From contig NC_058368.1 in NCBI RefSeq assembly GCF_018350175.1, positions 82,462,001 to 82,526,000 of the forward strand: 64,000 nt of DNA, given 5' to 3'. Made by a program: the position numbers and the translations under genes. The DNA comes from Felis catus (Eukaryota). Below, one piece after another: positions 48,575-60,246 of this stretch. A model generated the notes under the pieces. The model ran no database searches. It worked only from the letters and a program-made list of their open reading frames with translations, and was not told the origin of the DNA. Within the stretch, counting starts at the first letter, position 1; each line of letters starts with the position of its first letter.

Positions 48575-48962
48575 GTTCCTGCCAGTCCTCCCACATCCCC
48601 GGACAGTCTTCCCACGTGCCACGTCCCCGATCAGTCCTCCCACATCCCTGGCCAGTCCTCCCACATCCCCAGACAGTCCTCTCATGTCCCCGGCCAGTCC
48701 TCCCACGTCCCCTGTCCCTGGCCAGTCCTACCACATCTCCCATCCCTGGCCAGTCCTCCCACGTCCCCGTCCAGTCCTCCCACATCGCCTGTCCCTGGTC
48801 AGTCCTCCCACATCCCACGTCCCCGGACAGTCCTCCCACATCCCCAGACACTCCTCCCATATCCCCCATCCCCAGACAGTCCTCCCACCTCCCATGTCCC
48901 CAGCCAGTCCTCCCACGTCCCTGGCCCGTCCTCCCACATCCCACATCCCCGGACAGTCCTCT
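48575..48962. repeat. C-rich minisatellite (core cagtcctcccaca/gtccc, units about 20-29 bp)
   Basis: More than a dozen recurrences of cagtcctcccac(a/g)tccc and close variants with variable spacers. Confidence 0.92.
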
Positions 48963-50614
48963 GTGAGTCTCTGGGAAGTATGTGCACATGGCCCATGAGA
49001 TGGTGGCCTGGCACAGCCACGTTCACCTGAGGCCCGTTCCCTGACACTGTGCAGTGACCCACAAAAACAGCGAGGCTCTTGGAAGAAAAACGTCCATGTT
49101 CCTCCAGATTTTTGAAACATTAGCTCTCATCGTGGCCCAGAGCAGTTAAGGCGGAACTTTTGTTTACTCTTCAGTGGTAACAACTTGTCACATCTTTGCA
49201 GCCAGGAGTGCACCCAGTGCTGTTCCCCGGCCTCCGCACAGCGGACATGGAGAATTTGCCCTTGGAGAAGGTGGTCACATTCCTGACCTGTGAGGCTAGG
49301 GTTTTTGTCTTTATGGCTCGTGGAGGGGGCTGAGCCAGGGAAGAAAGTTTGTGGGGGTGGAGTGACCAGAGAGGACATGCATGTGCCGGGGCGGGGGGGG
49401 GGGGGAGGCGGCAGAGAGGCTCTGATTCCCCTCCTCACGGACAGCGGCCTGGGAGCGGATTCTGTGAGTCCCGGAGACAAAGAAGGAAGCAGAAACAGAA
49501 GAATGAAACCAGCCTCAGGGGGCCCAGCTCTCCGCAGCTGCACTGAGACCACGCAGGCCCCGGGATGCCTCTCAGCCCCTGTTCCTCTTTGGTGGAGGGG
49601 ACGGGGCGCCCAGCTGCCCCAGGGCGTGGTCAGTGTGTTAGTGCATCCTTGCAACAGAAAGCATGAGTGAGCTCGCCTTCCCGAGATGGGACGGCGCCCC
49701 GCGAGAGCCAGAGTGGCCTCTGATGCTGACACTGAGTGCCACGTTCCCTGGGTCACCATGCCCCGCTGCTCTGTCCAAGACAGGAAATGGCCGGATGCCA
49801 AAGAGAAAGCCAGCATTTGGTTAGGGAGAAGTCCAGGGCCGTACCTAGGCCAAGGTCAGAGGAAGCTAAGCCCCGGACACACTAGCCAGAATCGGCAGGC
49901 TCCATCAAGTTGCACTGTAGCCTGGGAGGGCACATGTGCTGTAGGAGGACAGGCGCTGCTGACAGCTGTGTGTCTTCCCCTCACGGATCTGGCTTGTGTC
50001 CCTCCAAAGGGGAGCCAAGGTTCCTTCTCCCAGAGGGACCACCCAGAGCCAGGCTGGGGGCAGCATCAGCAAAATGGAGGTACGTGGTGAAACATCCAGC
50101 CAAATGGAGATCCCGATCCCAGAGGGGGATTTCTGGTGGTTTTCTGTCACGTTCATGTGTGCATTCCCCACCCAGCAAGGCAGGCAGCTGCCTGCTTCCT
50201 CAGGAGCCTCCAGAAAGCCCCCCAGAAAGCTGGCCTTACTGGGAAGAACCTCACCACACGTGTCCCGGGCCATCAGGTTAAGTGACCTTTTACCAGGAGT
50301 GACATCACAGGCCGATGGATACACTGGCCATCAAACCAGGCAGGGAAGAAGCCAAGGCCCAGAGCTCAGTGGTTTCTCCCATTCTCCCAACCACCAGCAA
50401 GGTGGACCCCGGGCACGTTGTGCCACATGGGGCTCTCTCCTCCGAGTCAGGGCTCCCGCACTTTACAGGGGTTCCGAATCCTGGACTGTCCGATTCAGGA
50501 GCTCTGGGAAGGGCCTGAGAACTTGCATTGGCGACACTGTCCCAGGACATGTTGTCGGTTCAGGGACTCTGCTTTGAGAACCGCTGCTCCAGATGGTCCT
50601 TCCATTTATTTACC

Positions 50615-50745
50615 GGGCACTTAACCGTGGCTAGTTACCTAAGCTCTCTGAGCCTCAGTTTCCTCGTCTGTAAAGTGGGAGTAACAACAACGTGCCATCA
50701 GAGGGGCCTGGGAGATTGAACAACTGTAAGCTGCTAGGGCAATGC
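50615..50745 (+). mobile_element. MIR
   Basis: agttacctaagctctctgagcctcagtttcctcgtctgtaaagtggg core. Confidence 0.85.
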
Positions 50746-51559
50746 CACCCCTTCTCCTGCCCAGCCCGCCTGCCCCCTGCTACCATCACCCCATTCACTG
50801 GGCCAAGCCCCTCCTCCCCTCCACATCTCCCTCCTCTACGGGGCAGCTCACCAAGGACCTGGGTGCAGCAGGCGGTGTAGACAACCAACCCCTCCCCCGT
50901 GGTTCAGCCCTTTGGAGCCAGGTGCGCAGCTACAGAAAGCGGGGTGATCTTGGGCCGTGTCTCGGCTTTCCCCGTCACGGGGAAGGAACAACAGCCAACA
51001 TTTATTGACGAATTGTTTTCTTTCAGTCACCAGACGACACAATCTCTTCCCAAAGGCTGGTCACATCCTTGTGCTCACAGGGACCACTCTGGGCGTGCTG
51101 GACGTGACGGTCACGCCACACACACACCTGTCTCTTCCTGGAGGCGCTCTGCTGGGCCCCCTTGGTGCCTGAGGACTAGGGGGCTCCGTGTTCTCCTGGG
51201 GTTGGGGTCCCAGGGCCGCCTGAACCCTGGCCGCTGGAGGACCAAATCTCTCTCCTCCATAAGTTTCTCGTCACCTGGGGACCCTGACACCAGAGCCACA
51301 GACCGGGATGAGGGCTCCTGAGCTGTGGCCCAGGGCCACGGAGGCAAGGATTGTGGCCTGGGCCCCACCTGGTGTGATCCCAGGGAGGTGATGCCCAGCG
51401 GGGGCCTTGAGGGCTGGCAAGGGGCCAGAAACAGCTGATGCCCAGATGCCCAGATGCCCTGGGAGGGAGTAGGTAGGAGGTGAGTGGGTGGTCAAGGCAG
51501 GCCCTCCACCCTCAATGCTTCTGTCCGCCCCCTCCCTGCCCAGGCGTCTCCATCGTTTC

Positions 51560-53680
51560 TGTCACCACAGAAGAATTCGCACGTTGTGGAATTTTTTATA
51601 CTCAGAATGATACATTACGCACACTTCTATTGCCTGACCTGGTTTAAGCTGCGTGATTATTTTCAGATGAACCCAACGATTCATCCCTTTTTAGTGCCGA
51701 GTAGTGTTCTGCCGTGTGGCCAGGTCTTAATTTGTGTATCTGCTCACCTGCTGGTGCACATTTGGGTTGCTTCTGGATTTGCACTGTTAAAAGTGAAGCA
51801 GTTATGAACATTCATGTACCAGGAATGTCTGGATCATAAGATCCTAAGTTTAACTTTTTAAGAAACTACCCAAGTATTTTCCAAAGTGGTTTTATTATTC
51901 CACAGTCCTGCCAGCAGTCTCTGACTTCCAGGTACCCTACCTGCTTGCCAAGTCTTGGCTGGCCGGCGAGCCTAATTTTAGCTGCTCTGGTTGGTGCGTG
52001 GGGTTCTCATTAATGGTGGCAACTTGCATTTTCCGGTGACTGAATGGTACCCATCTTCTTGTGCGGTTCTTGGCCATCCACATATCTGCCTTGATGAAGC
52101 ATCCGTTCAAATATTCTTCATGTCCTTAAATTGAATTGTCTTCTTATCGAGTTGTAAGAATTATTTATAAATTCTAGATAAAACTTCTGTGTCGGATGTA
52201 TGTCTTGCAAATATTTTCTCCTGCTCTATTGCTTGCCTTTTCATTTTCTCTAGTGCCTTCTGAACGTGAGTACTTTCAGATTGATGAAATTTAATTCATC
52301 AATGGTGATCACATAGTTTGAACTTTTGCGCTATATTTCGGAAATCTTTCCCAAACTAAAGGTAACTACGATTTTGTCTTATATTTCCGCTCTAAGTTTT
52401 ATCGTTATAGTTCTCACATTTAGACTTAGGATCTCTTTGAAGTTAATTATTTTTCTGTGTGGTGTGAGGCAAGAGTTTGGGGGATTTTTTTGTTTTGTTT
52501 CATTGTGTGTGCTTGTCTAAGTGACACAGCATCATTTGTTAAAAGAGTGTTCTTTCCCCCTGAATTGCCTCAGCACCTTTGTCAAAACCCAACTGACTAT
52601 ATCTGAGTGGGTCCATTTCTGGGGTCTGTGTGCTGTGTCCTGTGCTGCTGACCCTTTGCCTCCTGCAGTGATGGCAACAGAGTCTGGATTATGGTTGCCT
52701 TATTAATAAGCTTTGAGATCAAGTTATATGAATTCTCTGACTTTGTTCTTTTTTTATGTTTGCTTGGGTTACTTTAAATGCTTTGCATTTCTGTATAAAC
52801 CTTAGAATTAGCTTGTCAATTTCTCCTTAAAAAAAAAAAAACGTGCAAGGTTTCTGATAGGGACTGTGTTGATTCCAGAGATTAATCTGGGGAGATTGGC
52901 ATTTTAACAATTTTAACAATATTGAGTTTTTCCTGGCATGAATACCATATTTCTTCATTTATGTAGGTCTTTCTTAATTTCTCTCAGCAATGTTTTTAAA
53001 TTTCACCATAATATCTCTTGTTAAATTCATTTCTAAGTATCTGTATTTTTAACTTTGAATTTTGAACTAATTATAACTTCACAAGAAGTTGCAAAACAGT
53101 ACAGAACGACTCCACATACCCCTGAACGGTGGAAACTTGCATAATGGCAGTAAATTGTCAAAACCAATAACTCGATGTTGTCACAACACAATTAACTAGC
53201 CTGCAGCGTCTGGGTGACTTTAGACGGACAGTTATTCGGGTATGTCGCTGTGCAGTGATTCTGTGATGTATAGATTCCTGAAACCACAACCACATTCAAG
53301 ACACAAAATTGTCTGGTCACACAAAGGGCTCCTGCATGCTGCCTCTTCCCAAACCCCTGGTTTCTTCTCCATCTCTGTAACTTGTCATTTCAGGAACACT
53401 ATGTAAACGGAATATCGTACAACCTTTGAGGTCGAACCTTTTAGCCAGCACGATGCCCTTGTGTGTCTATCAGTATCTAATTCCTGTTTATTACCGAGTG
53501 GTGTTCCCTTCTGAGGGTGGCAACAGTTTGTGTAGCTACTGCAGGACATCTGGGGTGTTTGCAGAATTTTGTTAACACGAATAAAGCTGCTGTGACCATT
53601 CGTGTATAGTTTCGTGCGGATATAGATTTTCATTTCTCTAAGATAACTTCCCAGGAGTGCATTGCTGGGTTGCCTTGTGG
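51560..53680 (-). mobile_element. Old L1 antisense fragments (two adjacent pieces; second L1MC-like 3' end from about 53050)
   Basis: ttttccaaagtggtt, tgcaaatattttctc, cagcatcatttgttaaaaga, tagaattagcttgtcaatttc; then cacaagaagttgcaaaa...aataaagctgctgtga. Confidence 0.85.
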
Positions 53681-53839
53681 AAACAATTCACATTTTAGGA
53701 TACTTGGAGAAGGCAGTGTGGAGTGTTGGACGTGCTCAGTGTCTTTATGGGGCAAAGCCAGGGCTGTCTCACGTGATACACGCACACACATAATTGAACA
53801 GAGCATTGTCTACGTCAATTCATTTGCAAAGATTCCTCA

Positions 53840-54428
53840 GAACACAGAAAGCATGAAACAAATATTTAAATGGATAAATTTGCCTTCACAGAAGTTAAAA
53901 ACTTTTGCTCTTCAAAGGACATCACTGAGGAAAAAGAAGCTGCAAATCATGTGAACGTACACGACTATGCAGTCCAACCACCCCACTGATAGAAGTTTAC
54001 CCGAAAGAAACAAACAGAGTCAGCAGCAAGATGTGTGCCCAAGGCCACACTTATGATGGATGCCACCACAACAGCCCCCCACTTGGCGAACACACGTGCA
54101 CACCATCGTGAGCCATGCAAGGGAGCGTATTCGGCAACAAGAAGAAAGTAAGCGTGTGCGATCGCATGGATGCGTCTCAGAAATGAGTCTGTACAAGCCC
54201 AATCGTAGAAAATTCACATCATGTGAATGGTTACAGTGACCAGGGGCAGATGACTGGTTCTGGGGTTGGGCAGAGATGGGATGGGCAGCCCTTGAGGGGT
54301 TGGAAGTGCTCGTTATCTTGTGGTGACGGTTTCCTGAGCGCGTGCACATGTCCAAAAACAATCAAATTACACACTCTAGGGATATGCAGTGGATTGTACT
54401 TTAATTTTAATTCAATAAAGAAACACTT
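53840..54428 (+). mobile_element. Old L1 3' fragment (sense)
   Basis: aaaacttttgctcttcaaaggaca...catggatgcgtctca...tcttgtggtgacggtttc...ttcaataaag. Confidence 0.7.
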
Positions 54429-56934
54429 TAAAAGCCGTGACTAGGTGGCCCACATCCTCGGGCCCTATGTGGTCCGTGTGGACAAGCCAACGTCCCTCCT
54501 GGAGCTGTCCTCCAGGCACCATGGGCCCTGCCCACAGGGTAGGGCGCCTCCTTCTTGTCTGGCATTCAAGGCCCTTGGCAGCCTGGCGCTAACCTGACAT
54601 TTCAACCTAATCTCTGTCTGCTCCCTGGGCTGACCGTGGGCACATCCAGGGCAACTACCTGGGGCCCCACGGACCCCCCCCTTCTGGCTGTGGTGCACCT
54701 GTCTGAACCCTACCATCCTTCACACCCCTCGGGCTCTGCACCACACCCCCACCTCAGGTGACCCGGTCCAGCTTGTAGGTCCCAATGGGTTCACATGTGA
54801 ACTAACTCAGAGCTAAGTGCTGTAACTGGTGATATGGAACTGGCCAGGAACCCTGGTTGAAGGTCTCCAGAAACCAGCTGGGAGGGGCTGTAATGAGAAA
54901 ACCCCACTTCTTAAGATGGGGCCTGGGCCTCCATATCCCTCCAGAGTAAGGACAGGGCATGGTCTCCATGGGGAAACATCTTTAAGGTAAGTCGGCTTCC
55001 AGCTCTTCCCTCCAGGTCCAGGGAACCAGGGCCTTCTTCCCCTACTAGAGCCCACTCCTTGGAGTCTGACCTCACAAGTGACCTTAAACCCTCCTCCCGC
55101 CACGCCCGAGATCCTGGCCACGGAGAGCGGGCCTCCCTGGGGTCTCTCCTCCCGAGTCCGGCCTGGTCCTCCATGCCTCAGCCCCCAGCGTCATCAGCTG
55201 GCCCTAAAAGTCTTCCTCAGCCCCAGGCCGACTTGGCCAGCATGTGCGTTTCCGCAGCAGACGTTTGGCTGAGGTCTGCGTGCTGTGAAATACGGCCTGG
55301 CCAGGCCAGAACAAACAGTGCGCTGGGCTGGCTGGCCTCCGGTCCCAGCCGCCTCCCTGACCCCACCAGCCCTAGCTTTTGTTGCATTTCAAATTGTCCT
55401 CTGAATACCTCTTAGAACACGAAGGTCCTCCTCTTCGGTGAGGAAGAAACTGGCAGCGTGGGTCCCCTGACATCTGTCTCTCAGCAGCAACCTGTCTTCC
55501 AGCTTTCTCGTTCCCACGGTAACCACTGTTTGGGGGTAAACCGTGCTGTGCCCTCCAGGGTTCCTGGGTAGCAACAGCTGCTGGTGGCTGGGAATGTGCG
55601 TTCTTTTTCACGTCTTCCTTCGGCTCTGCTCTGGCGAGATGCCGGGCACAAAACAGGGGCTCCACAATTGCTTCATGGAGCAGCGAACATCATGGCTGCT
55701 TCCTGCCAGGCTCTGAGCCACATGTCCGCTAAAACCAGCAACTCTGTAAACTGCCTTCAGCCAGAAAAGCCTGTGCTGTACAAAACACACACAGACCACA
55801 TACGATCGTAAGACCTGAAATTGTGCAGGACCCAGCTGACGAGAGAACGCAGGGTCCGCCACGGGTGATGCTTGTTAGTGATGGGACGCTAAGACATCTT
55901 AGGGTGGCATCCAGTCCAAAAGCTCAGAATCAGGAGCAAGAAATGAGAGTCCTTTGGGGGCCAGACTGGGTGGGCATGCCTGGTTCCTAAGTGGGAAATC
56001 ACCTGGGCACACGCACAGGGCCCTGGTCCGAGAGGGAGTGAGCAGTGGCACAGGGTGTGGGCAGGAGTTGTGCACGTCCCCAGGCCACAGCTGGAATCCG
56101 GCCCACATCACGGCCACGGTGCCTGCCCACCAGGCAGTCTCAGGTATGCTGTTTTTGTGACAGCGTCCGTGCCTGAGGCCTGTGGCTCCGGGAACCCAGA
56201 CTCCCCGACTGCGGGGGTAACCTGACTGCTTCTCCCAGGTGGAGATGGCCTGTGGCTGCGGGAACACATTACGCAGACGCACCAGCTGAAGATAACACTG
56301 TCCTACAAATCTGGAGGCTCCTCACTGACTAGTGGGGGGGCCCACCTCCAAGCCCTCCCCAACTTGTCTCCCCCCGCCTCTCGCCAGCCTGCCCCTCTCA
56401 CAAGGCCCCCGGGGTCACCACCCAGGACAATCTCCCACCTAAGATTCCTATCTTCACCCCACCCGCCAAGACCTTTTGCCAGTGAGGGGGACACACCCAC
56501 AGGTCCCTGGACAGGGAGACACGGGTGTCTCGGGGGAGACGTGTGCTCTGTGGGTGTCACTGTGGTCAGGGCCTTCCTCACCCCATCTGGAACTACACAC
56601 ACATCCCTGCGGCCCAGCACCCCTTCCAAATAGCCTTTGCCGGGCTGACCTGCTCCCTTTTGGAAGCTCAGCTTCCCTCATGGCCAGGAAGCCTTCCTGA
56701 AATTGCCCTGTGCCCCCGGAGCCATGATGGGTCACCTTTCAGGACAGGGGGTGCCTGGGTGCACTACCCAGAACAGAGGGTTGCAGACGTGCCTGAGGGA
56801 ATCCTGGGCCTGAAGAATTGAGGCTGCCTGGGTTTGCTTGTTTGTTTACCTGTGAAATGGACACAAATACCAGTCTTAGCCCCCAAAGCAAGGGAGAGGT
56901 CAGGCCCTGACTGACCTCATGGCCTGGAGTCCCA

Positions 56935-57100
56935 GGCTCCTTTTGACGTGCTGTGTGTCTTGGGCCAGCATGCTGACCTCTCTCTATGGCCAACCTGTCA
57001 TCTGCAAAATAGAGCTAATGACCATACCTGTTTCTGGAGGTTTTTATGCAAGGACCAGATGGGTCATAGGTCTAAAGTCTTGGAAGTGTTAAAGGTGGTT
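56935..57100 (+). mobile_element. MIR fragment
   Basis: gctgtgtgtcttgggccag...acctctct...tcatctgcaaaatag. Confidence 0.7.
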
Positions 57101-57894
57101 CATGGTGAAAGGGATTAGCTGGGGTCATAGAGAAACCAGGTGCCAGGCAGAGGGGACTGGGGGGTGGGGGCATGCAGACCCCGTGAGTGAGCTGGCCAGT
57201 GAGAACAGGTGGAGACACGGCCCCTGCCCCTGTCCCCAGAATGGCCTCCATGCCCTCGCAGAGCAGGGGCCACAGCCTGGGATGCTGCTCCCTGCCAGCC
57301 AGCGCCTCCTGGTTCCAGCTCCGCCTGCGAAGGACTCTCGGTGTGTGAGACGGGAGGGGTCTGGGCCCAATGCACGAGGGCCCTGGAGACCAGGGCAGTG
57401 CTGGCCGGTCCCAGGCGCAGAAGGACAAGGCGGCACCAGGCGCCCCCCCCCAGAGAAATCACCCTGAAGCAGGAGACCCTCGTCTTTCCACCTTTCCCTC
57501 GGAAAACGCGGGCTGGGGCTGGGCCAGTGAAGCGTGTCCTTGGAGAAGGAGGGGTTTTACGGCGCCAGGCCCGCACTGCCTCTGCCGGGACCACGCGCGC
57601 CTCTCCAGCAAGAGCAGGCGTGACCGTGCGCCCTCGTCTAAAAGTGCGCAGGCCAGGCGGTGCTCCGTCATTCCCGGCACACCGGAAAGGGCGACTTGCA
57701 CCTCACAGCGGCCTTGAGAGCACACCGGGCCCAGCACCGTCTGCAGTCGACAGCTTTGTCTGGTTCCTTCCTCCCCCCTTCTAGCTGCTGGCGCTGGTGC
57801 GTCCTGCCCTGGGTGGCAGCTGCCTGGGGAGAGAGGTTTGTCCCCGACCCCTCACCAAGTCCCTGTTCAGGATGTGTTCTCCTATGATCTTTCC

Positions 57895-58118
57895 AAAAAA
57901 AAAAAAAAAGAAATTTTAAACGTTTATTTATTTTTGAGAGAGAGAGCGCACGCAAGCAAACGGGTGAGGGGCAGAGAGAGAAGAAGACAGAATCTGAAGC
58001 AGGCTCCAGGCTCCGAGCTGCCAGCACAGAGCCCGATGTGGGGCTCGAACTCACCAACCACAAGACCACGACTCAAGACGAGATTGGATGCTTAACAGAC
58101 TGAGACACCCAGGCACCC
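57895..58118 (-). mobile_element. Can-SINE (felid type)
   Basis: Antisense SINE; degenerate TSD ttctccta(tg/ct)atctt. Confidence 0.93.
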
Positions 58119-59941
58119 TTCTCCTACTATCTTAATCTCCTCTTTGAGCTTTTACTTTTCAGTGGGACCCAGGCCCTTGGAGAAGCGGCTGGGGCGCCCC
58201 TCACTGGGGCAGGGAAAACATAAGGTGAGCCTGGATCGTCCTGTGGGGCTGAGGAACCAAGAAACGCTCCCGAGTTTAATTAATTAGAAAAGTAAGAGCT
58301 TGTTGAAGGACACAGGGCATAGTGTGGAGGCACTGCCAGTGGCCACAGAAGGGACCCTGGCAGCAGCCACACACGTGGTGACGCAGGACAGAACACCTGT
58401 GCCCGAGCTCGTGCCAAGGAATAACCACGTGAACACCTCCTCTTCCAGGAGGACCCCTGTCAGCAGATAGTGGGGGTGGGAAATAGGAAGCCAGGAAAGG
58501 CATAGCACTCATTTCTACAGGCACAGCCACCACTGGGCACTAAAACCAGAGGGCAGAGTTTGCAAAGCCTCAGGATTTGTGTCCTAAGAAGAAGTGAGAC
58601 TTCAGCATGAGACTCGGCAGACAGCCACCCTAACCGGGCACTCGAGGCAGACCTCGAGGCGAAGTCCTTGGGGCCCCCTCCCCGGCTCTCTGGCACCAAT
58701 CACGAGGCAGGCTGGCCGCCAGGGCCGTCGTGAGCCCCGTCAGGTTTCAGGCTCTGATGTAGAAAAAGGTCCTTATGTGGAGTTGGAATCAGCGGCTCCT
58801 CCTGGTGGTACAGGAGCAAAGCAGCCTGAAGCTTCTTCAGGCGCTTTGTGTCCCTCAGGTGCTGTGCCCGAGGAGGAACTGTTTCCTTAGCTGTGTCTCA
58901 CATGCTAGGTTTCAGCTGCTTCGACACCCACACCACCTCCCTGCAAGTGCCCTCTGGATGGCCAACACTGTGGCTGATGGTTTAGGTTTTAACTGTGCTA
59001 ATAGTGTGTGTTTGAGCTGGGTGTGACCCTTTGGGCACGAGACAGGGCCCTCCGGGGGTGCAACGGGGCCCTCACGGGGAGAGCAGGCAGACTGCCCTCT
59101 CCCAGATACTACCTGGCCATACCGTGGCTCATGTGACTTGTCCACTGAAAACCACAGGATCTTCCTTCTGTGAACTGCTGTTGAGTCGAGGTCCCCAGGC
59201 TGGTTTCACATGAAGCAAAGTATAGACGATTCACCTGTGTGATGCTTAATTGTGGGTTCGCCCATTTGTCTACTGAGAGATGTGGAGTCTTGAGTCTGCT
59301 TTCTCCCTGTTGACCCTCTCTCCCACACTTGAGAAGATTTATGGAGATTGTCAGCCTTGTGCCGTCTACAGACAAGCCAAGACCTAAGGCAGAACCCAGT
59401 GGACATCTATGGTCACCACCCAAGGCCAACATTTGCTGGTTAGTCAATACTCAGAGGAGGATAATTCACCCCCAGGATCCAGTTCACTGCACGGTGGCCC
59501 AGAGTGCAGGGCACAAGCCCACAGCTACCTGCGTGTTAGGGGTATGTGCTCACAAGGTTAAGGATGCTCACAGAACTTGGCATTCATTGCCAGGGTGTTT
59601 TCACTTTATCCTACAAAAGCCAGAGTGCCACATAGGCCCAGCTCTCCCCCTGGGGTCTGCCTGCTCTCTGGCAGAGACCCCACAGGTGCTCAGCAAGCAC
59701 ACAAGCGGGCAAGCATCTCAGGAGCGTGGCGCGTGGAGGGAAGGCACACACATCCCTCTGGATCACATGATTGGTGTGGCTCCCATGGTTTAGACGGGAT
59801 CAGGCCGTCCTCGTGATCACAGTGTGGCAGGCCTGCTTTCTGAGATGGGGCGTCCTGAACACTGCAAGCGCTGAGTGCCCACCGCCCCATGTGACAGACG
59901 GAACCCTCTCCCGGGGAGCCGCTGCTTTAGAGGGATGGTCT

Positions 59942-60246
59942 GGGTAGGCAGCTGGCTCAGGTGGTACACAGAGTAGGTAGTTAGCTGGCTTGGGTGGTCA
60001 GCTGGGTCAGATGGTCATTGGGGTAGGGGTTAGCTCTGTTAGGTAATTAGCTGGCCTGGGTAGTCAGCTGGGTCAGGTAGTTAAATGGGTTAGGTAGTCA
60101 GCTGGGTTAGAGAGTCAGCTGAGTTAGGTAGTTAGTTGGGGTAGATGCTCAACTGAGCAGGTAGTCAGCTGGGTACGTGGTCAGCTGGGTCAGGTGGTCA
60201 GCTGGGTTAAGTACTCAGCCTGCTTAGATGGTTGGGTTTGTCAGCT
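59942..60246. repeat. G-rich ~17-bp minisatellite (gtagtcagctgggtcag / gtagtcagctgggttag)
   Basis: Roughly 17 degenerate copies visible by eye. Confidence 0.88.

Noticed and set aside
48375..49120. Overlapping repetitive ORFs on both strands
   Set aside because: Produced by the C-rich minisatellite.
59942..60246. CRISPR-like or telomeric array
   Set aside because: Eukaryotic context, no unique spacers, no cas genes, and no TTAGGG run despite gggttag-like pieces.
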